DNA of 64,000 nt from Piromyces finnis finn. Lineage: Eukaryota; Fungi; Neocallimastigomycota. The position numbers and the translations under genes were made by a program. The notes under the pieces are model-generated. The model did not search any database. It was not told where the DNA came from and saw nothing but the letters and a program-made list of their open reading frames with translations. The DNA is taken from positions 390,261-454,260 of the forward strand of contig MCFH01000045.1 of the NCBI GenBank assembly GCA_002104945.1, given 5' to 3'. Positions 51,381 to 64,000 of the stretch are shown here, piece by piece (the stretch's first letter is position 1; the number at the start of each line of letters is the position of its first letter).

Positions 51381-52341
51381 TCATGGGACAAAATTATGAT
51401 CTCCATTAGTTGCGCTGGCCCTCCTGGCCTGTCTTACTGTTTCTTCAGCAATGATACTCTTTGTTGTTGCTTCAAACCTTTTGAACATTAATAATTATTG
51501 GCCAATAAGGTATTAAATAATATAATTTGAATTTTTCCACTTGTTAAAACATATAACCTGAGCTATTGTGCATTTGACTGACAATAGAGGAATATTTAAA
51601 TCTTTTGAGATAGAGTATAGAGATAGAGATATAAACAATACAGCTTTATGAACTCCGGCAACCCATCGTATTCCTTCGTTAACATGTTTCTGAGCAATCC
51701 TAGACTTAGCTTTGTTGGATCCAAGTAATGGTGCAAAATGTGAAACTCTATTGATCACTTGTGAGTTAATTACTAGCTTTTTGAAAGGAATAAGAATATT
51801 AGGATTTCTTAAGAATTTGCTGACTGGGAAAGGTCCTTTCAAAACCTTGTTATTAAGAGCTTTAATAACTGGTTTAAGGGACAAATTCTTATCAAGTAGA
51901 ACACCAATATAAATGTAGCAATCGGTAATTGAAATGGATTTTTCTGCTAAATAAAATGTTGGATCTTTCTTGTTCTGTTTTTCTAATGATTCAGGACGAA
52001 TCACCATCGTTGAACATTTCTGGATACCAAATTCCATTAATACAAATCCCATTCATTAACTCTTTTTAGTAACTTTTTAGCATCCTATTGATGGAGAACA
52101 AATAACTATATCATCTGCAAAAAGTCTACCACATCATTGAATGTCTCCTAAGCTAACTCCGAGATCTTCGCACTCTTTAAAAATATCAGTAATAAAGAGA
52201 TTAAAAAGAATAGGTAAAAGTAGGCAATCTTGACGGACTTCTTTCTTCACATCAAACGATTTCGAGAATTGACTATCTAATTTGACGTTAGTCTTAGATG
52301 TTAAATTTAAATTTTTGATAAATTGTAAACTCTTTCCTCTA
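51381..52341 (-). pseudogene. Decayed, 5'-truncated LINE reverse transcriptase (RT core to ORF C-terminus)
   Basis: Minus-strand translation gives EVRQDCLLLPILFNLFI (degenerate GVRQGCPLSP.LFN), LFADDIV and YIYIGVLLD, with in-frame stops and a frameshift between them. Confidence 0.88.
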
Positions 52342-52510
52342 TTTTTTTTTTTTTTTTTCTTTTTTTAACTTCTGAGTGCATTTCTCCCATCAATCAGAGT
52401 AAGCCCAAATGGTGGTTCTTTCTTAATAACAACTAAATCTCCAAACACTCTTGATTGTTGTTTTAAAACTTTTGAACATTGACTATTACTGTCAAGTTGC
52501 GCAAGAATTT
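52342..52510 (-). mobile_element. Short 3' fragment of a second LINE copy: ORF-end homology, conserved 3' tail, poly(A)
   Basis: Poly(T) at 52342-52366. Segment 52367-52420 is 48/54 identical to SINE 31161-31214. Segment ~52450-52495 resembles ~51462-51510 of the adjacent RT remnant. Confidence 0.75.
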
Positions 52511-53072
52511 TGGTTTAAAGTTTAACATTGACAATCAAAAATGAATATCACTTCATCAGTATTCATTTTAATTATTTTGAATTGTTATTGATATTACTCT
52601 TATTAATAAATTTAAATATTTTTTTTTTATCGCACCAACATTTAATTAACTACCAAAATACAAAAACAATTTAAATAACTATTTATACTCGTTATTCTTT
52701 AAGCTCTAAAAATTTATATAATTTCATTTACAAAAAATTTTTAATAATATTATGATTATTTCTTTACTAATCCTTATTTTTTAATTGCTTTACATTATAC
52801 ATTTTAAGTTCCATTTTATCTCATATTAAAATTATAAATCTAATCCATTAATATTCATATTTTTCTTCGAAAAACTAAATATAACAATACTCTATAATTT
52901 TAAAACTTAATTATTTTCATTACTCTTTTCAATCCATTTAATTATACTTATTTTACACATTAAACTAAAATTTACTATTATAACACTTTACTATATGTAC
53001 TTTAATCCATTAATTTGACAAACACCTTTTCAATTTATTAATTTAAATTCGGTTTATTTTACAACTCATAAC

Positions 53073-53470
53073 TTATTGTTCAAGAGTAGCTCTGGTGTAA
53101 ATAAGTTGAGACTTGTGAGAAGAGATTAAACGAATTAAACCCTTTTGTTCAAGTTCCTTAAGAGCAGCACGGGCTAAGGAACCATTGATCTTAAGACGGT
53201 CAACTAATTGAGATGGAGTAATTAACTTGTAAGTTGGAACTTCCTTGAAGAGTCTGTCGTAAGTTTCCTTATCGAAAGTAACAGCATTGTTGGCCTTGTC
53301 CTTAACCTTACCGGCGGACCACTTCTTCTTCTTAGCCTTACCTCCAGCTTTAGCTGCGGCTGCTTTAGCTGCCTTATCTGGTGCCTATATATATTTAATA
53401 TTTTATTAATAATTTAATTCTTTCATCCATTAATATTACATTTAAAATATATTCATCAAATAATTACCAT
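53073..53470 (-). CDS. RPS25: 40S ribosomal protein S25 (eS25); ATG-only first exon
   Basis: Exons 53470-53468 and 53384-53073 give MAPDKAAK...[61 protein letters not shown]. Confidence 0.97.
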
Positions 53471-54144
53471 TTTGATTTATTTTCAACTAAGTAACTAGTA
53501 CGAAAATATTAAAAGAGAAAGAACTAATTAAATTATAAACTGTGGTACTTTTGTTAATACTTCATTTTAATGTGATAGCCAATCAAATAATTATATTAAT
53601 TTCAGTTTCAACAAATAAAATTTATACATTAAATATACTACAAAATTTACCAATGTATACATTAGTAATGTTTATTATTTTAAATAGTACAGAAATTAAG
53701 CATTAAAAATAAAAAATAAACAATAGGATATTAAATTTTACAAATACTCAAAATAAAATAAAACAACAAAATTTCTTTTTATAATTTAACTTGATTTTTT
53801 ATTAATATATTTTCAAATATATATTATATACTATATATTTTTTAATTGCTCTATTTTTTGTATAATTTACTACTACTATTAAATTTTTAATAAAAATTAT
53901 ATTTAGAAAAATTTCAAAAAAAAAAAAAATTATAAACTTATAAAAACTATGTTTTTTTTATATATTATTTTTATTATACAGCAATTTTTTTTTAATATTT
54001 TTTCGTAATCTAAAATGTTAAATTTGTCATTTCATTTCTTAATATTTCTAATTAATTAAATAAATTTATAATAATTTTTATTATTATTTATTAACACAAT
54101 TTCAATAATGTTATAGTTTCATAACAATAAATTCAATTATCCAT

Positions 54145-54561
54145 TTAGACATTTGTTTTGAAATTAGTAGCATCGGTTTTATTATTTGATGTAGCTGAAG
54201 GTTTTGATACAGAAGCAGTAGATATATTATTATTGTTTGAAATTTGTGGTGTTGGTATAGTTTTAACAGCAGAGGTTAAATCAGTTTTATTAGATTCGCT
54301 TTTTTCTTTATCATCTTTTTTACTTTTGTCTTTTAATTTATCTCCACAAACTCTAATTTTTTTTTTAATTATTGGAAATAAAAGCCAACAGTCATAGGCA
54401 TCTTCAGCTTGAATTGATTTTCCTGAACAACATAAACTATTCCATTCTCCACATATTTCATTACCATCTGCAATACAATTTGTTCTTTCAAATATACCAT
54501 CTTTAGTATAAATGACATTTACCAAACATATTATTAAAGCAATATAATAAATTAATTTCAT
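54145..54561 (-). CDS. Small secreted protein with a six-Cys knottin-like module and S/T/K-rich tail
   Basis: Signal peptide MKLIYYIALIICLVNVIYT, followed by C-x7-C-x6-CC-x12-C-x13-C. Confidence 0.7.
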   Translation of the reverse strand: MKLIYYIALIICLVNVIYTKDGIFERTNCIADGNEICGEWNSLCCSGKSIQAEDAYDCWLLFPIIKKKIRVCGDKLKDKSKKDDKEKSESNKTDLTSAVKTIPTPQISNNNNISTASVSKPSATSNNKTDATNFKTNV

Positions 54562-55312
54562 TTTGTTTGTTATATATATATTTTTTTTATATGTATTATT
54601 ATTTTTATTATTGGAAAAATAACTTTCAACAAAAAAGTAATTTTAATATAAATTTTTATTTATTTAGTTTTTTTTTTTAAAAAAAAAGACTTTTTTTTTT
54701 ATTTTTAGGTTTTTTATAATAAAGAATATTTGATAAATAAATATTATATTGTATTATATTATATTATGTATTAATTAAAATTTAAATTAATTATTATTTA
54801 TTTTGTCTCTAGATTATTTATTGGTGTGAAATAATTATTATAATAATATTTTTTAAAGTTAGTAACCAAATATGCCATATATTTACTTAATTTAATATTT
54901 AATTAACAGAAAACTTTAAAACAAAATAAAGGATATAATTTCTTTTTTTTTAACTTTTCTAGACAATTTTAATGGTTAATTTATTTATTATATTTATATT
55001 AATTTTTATGCTAAATTAATGTGTTACACTATTTTACTGTTGATTAATTCATTAATGTTACTACAGAAATTTACGATATAAGTATATGTATGTAACTATG
55101 AAATTATCAATTTCATATTAAATAAGATTATTATATTACTTTTGTAATTATTTAATATATATAATATTTAACAATATATTTATAATTGAAAAAAAAAAAT
55201 ACTTTTATTAATTGAAATTGTGGCATATATTATAATTTATTTATTTAATATTAATTCATATATGCATTAATATAATTTTTCAAGTTTTTTTTATAATTAA
55301 TTATTCCACATC

Positions 55313-59019
<3,707 letters not shown>

Positions 59020-60990
59020 ATTATATTATTAATAAATTATATTGTAACCTTTTTATGTAATAATTAAATAATTATTTTTATTTTTTTATTGAAAGGTATA
59101 TTTTCATATACAAATTTAAAAATAAGATTATTAAAAGCTATAAACTATAATGAACTTTATACTTTTATATTAAATATACTTTAAAAATTATGAAAATGGA
59201 AATTAAAGATAACAATATAAATAATATTATAATAAAATATTAATATTACACAAAATTACTAATAAAAGCAAAACAATGAAAAAAAAGGAACACTAATGAT
59301 GTTATGAAGTTATTTTTTATAATTCTTAAATACGCTAATTGAAAAATAAAAGATTTTATAATTTCTTTTGAATATATCACATGATCAATTATTGATTTTC
59401 ATAAAATCTGATTTTTTATATCAATTAATGATAATACTAGCTATATAATTATATATTATTAATAATATTAAATATACCATAGTAGCTTTTTATATATAGA
59501 AATAAAAGGTAACATTAATATTTAAAAATAAGCATTTAGATATCTTCGTTATTGAGATCTTTATTAATATTAAATTAAGTCAACATAGAATAGAAAATTC
59601 GATTTTGTAATTATATTTTATTATTGGAAAATAAAATTTTATTTAAAATTTTTAAAAAAGTATTATGTCATTTTAAATTATAAAAGCTGATGTATGGCAG
59701 TTAATTCTATTATGTGTTACCAATTATTTTCAAAATACAATATGTAATTAGAAAAACAATTAAAAATTATTAAAAAAAAAAAAACTGAATAGCAAATTAA
59801 CTACCCAAACAAATAAATATATATGTAAATGAATGAATAAATAAGCATTTTCTTTTTACTGCCTTAGCTAAATTATTTAATAAATAAAGTTTAATTTTTT
59901 GAATTAATTTTAAATTTATTCATTTCAATCACATGTTTGTAGTTCAAATATTTCAAATATTATAAAAAGATAGAAACTATTTATCCATTCTAAAAAAAAA
60001 GTTTAAAAAACTATCTTTGTTTATGTTATTATTATTATATTAGATATTATTACATTAAATGTAATATTATTATTAAAAATCCTCATTTTTTATTTTTAGT
60101 TTTTCAAAGTAATTTAAATATTATCTATTGTAACTGCCTAACTTTTTTATTTTTCAGAAAAAATAATCAGTAGTTTAGATTTTTTTTTTTTTTTTTTAAA
60201 TTTTTATAACAAATTCTAAATATATAATTTACAAAATAATATATTATACATTATAATAAATAAATTAAATATGTTTTTTTTTTTATAATGAAAATATAAT
60301 TGATTTTTCGTAAATGAAAATATTTCAAACTTTAATAATTAAAAGTAAAAATTTTTGTTTTGAAAAAGTTTTAATAAAATGTAATTCAATTCTTTTAATT
60401 GATGTATATATTTTTTGTTATTTATTTTTTTTAAATCATAATTTATAATATAATTTATTAATAAAATATTAAAAAGCGTTAACAAAAATTTGTAATTATT
60501 TTATTTCTTTTAAATTTATCATTATATCATTATATTAATTAATTATTTTTTTTCAGAATTTATTTTAATATTTATTCATTTGTTTATTATTGTTAATAAC
60601 ATTGAAAACGATTTTGTTAAAATATTTTTATTTTTTATTTTACTTAAATTAGCATATTAAAAAATTTGTAGTTTTATTATGGTTTTTGATTTTTTTTCAG
60701 ATTTAATAAATATATCCTTCATAATGAGCTAACAATTTTAATAGATAAATGCAGATTATTAAAACTATTTTATTTTAATAAAATTAAATTAATATTAATA
60801 ACAAATGTTATAATTATATAGTTATAACAAATTTATATATCTTTGTTATAATATACTAACATAATTCTTTAAAACAACGATAATAATAGCATTGTTAATA
60901 AAAACTATTTAATATAATAGACCAGAAATTTAATATAAAATATTTTCTTGTTATCAGTAAAAGATATTATTAGAAATAGATATATGTAAA

Positions 60991-64000
<3,010 letters not shown>

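Overview
Extremely AT-rich, intron-rich eukaryotic DNA. It is most consistent with an anaerobic gut fungus (Neocallimastigomycota), inferred from the bacterial-type pyruvate formate-lyase with an N-terminal targeting extension, the very low GC and the short AT-rich introns. Host genes, all assembled by hand: PFL; a secreted acidic 37-aa-repeat protein; CCT3; an HMT1/ABCB6-type ABC half-transporter; an EDC4/Ge-1-like WD40-coiled-coil protein carrying one frameshift; YAK1; a divergent tail-anchored ferrochelatase with a probable GC-AG intron; RPS25; a small secreted knottin-like protein; ARMH3; and a Pcl/PHO80-type cyclin. The mobile fraction includes an intact 5' half of a single-ORF LINE (RRM-like, APE, start of RT) that runs off the left edge and is missing from the ORF track. 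A modular array of hairpins lies upstream of it. There is also a complete tRNA-Ala-derived SINE with a 13-bp TSD and poly(A), plus decayed LINE pieces that share the SINE 3' end, which points to a SINE-LINE partnership. Homology calls rest on motif recognition from memory; no database search was run.
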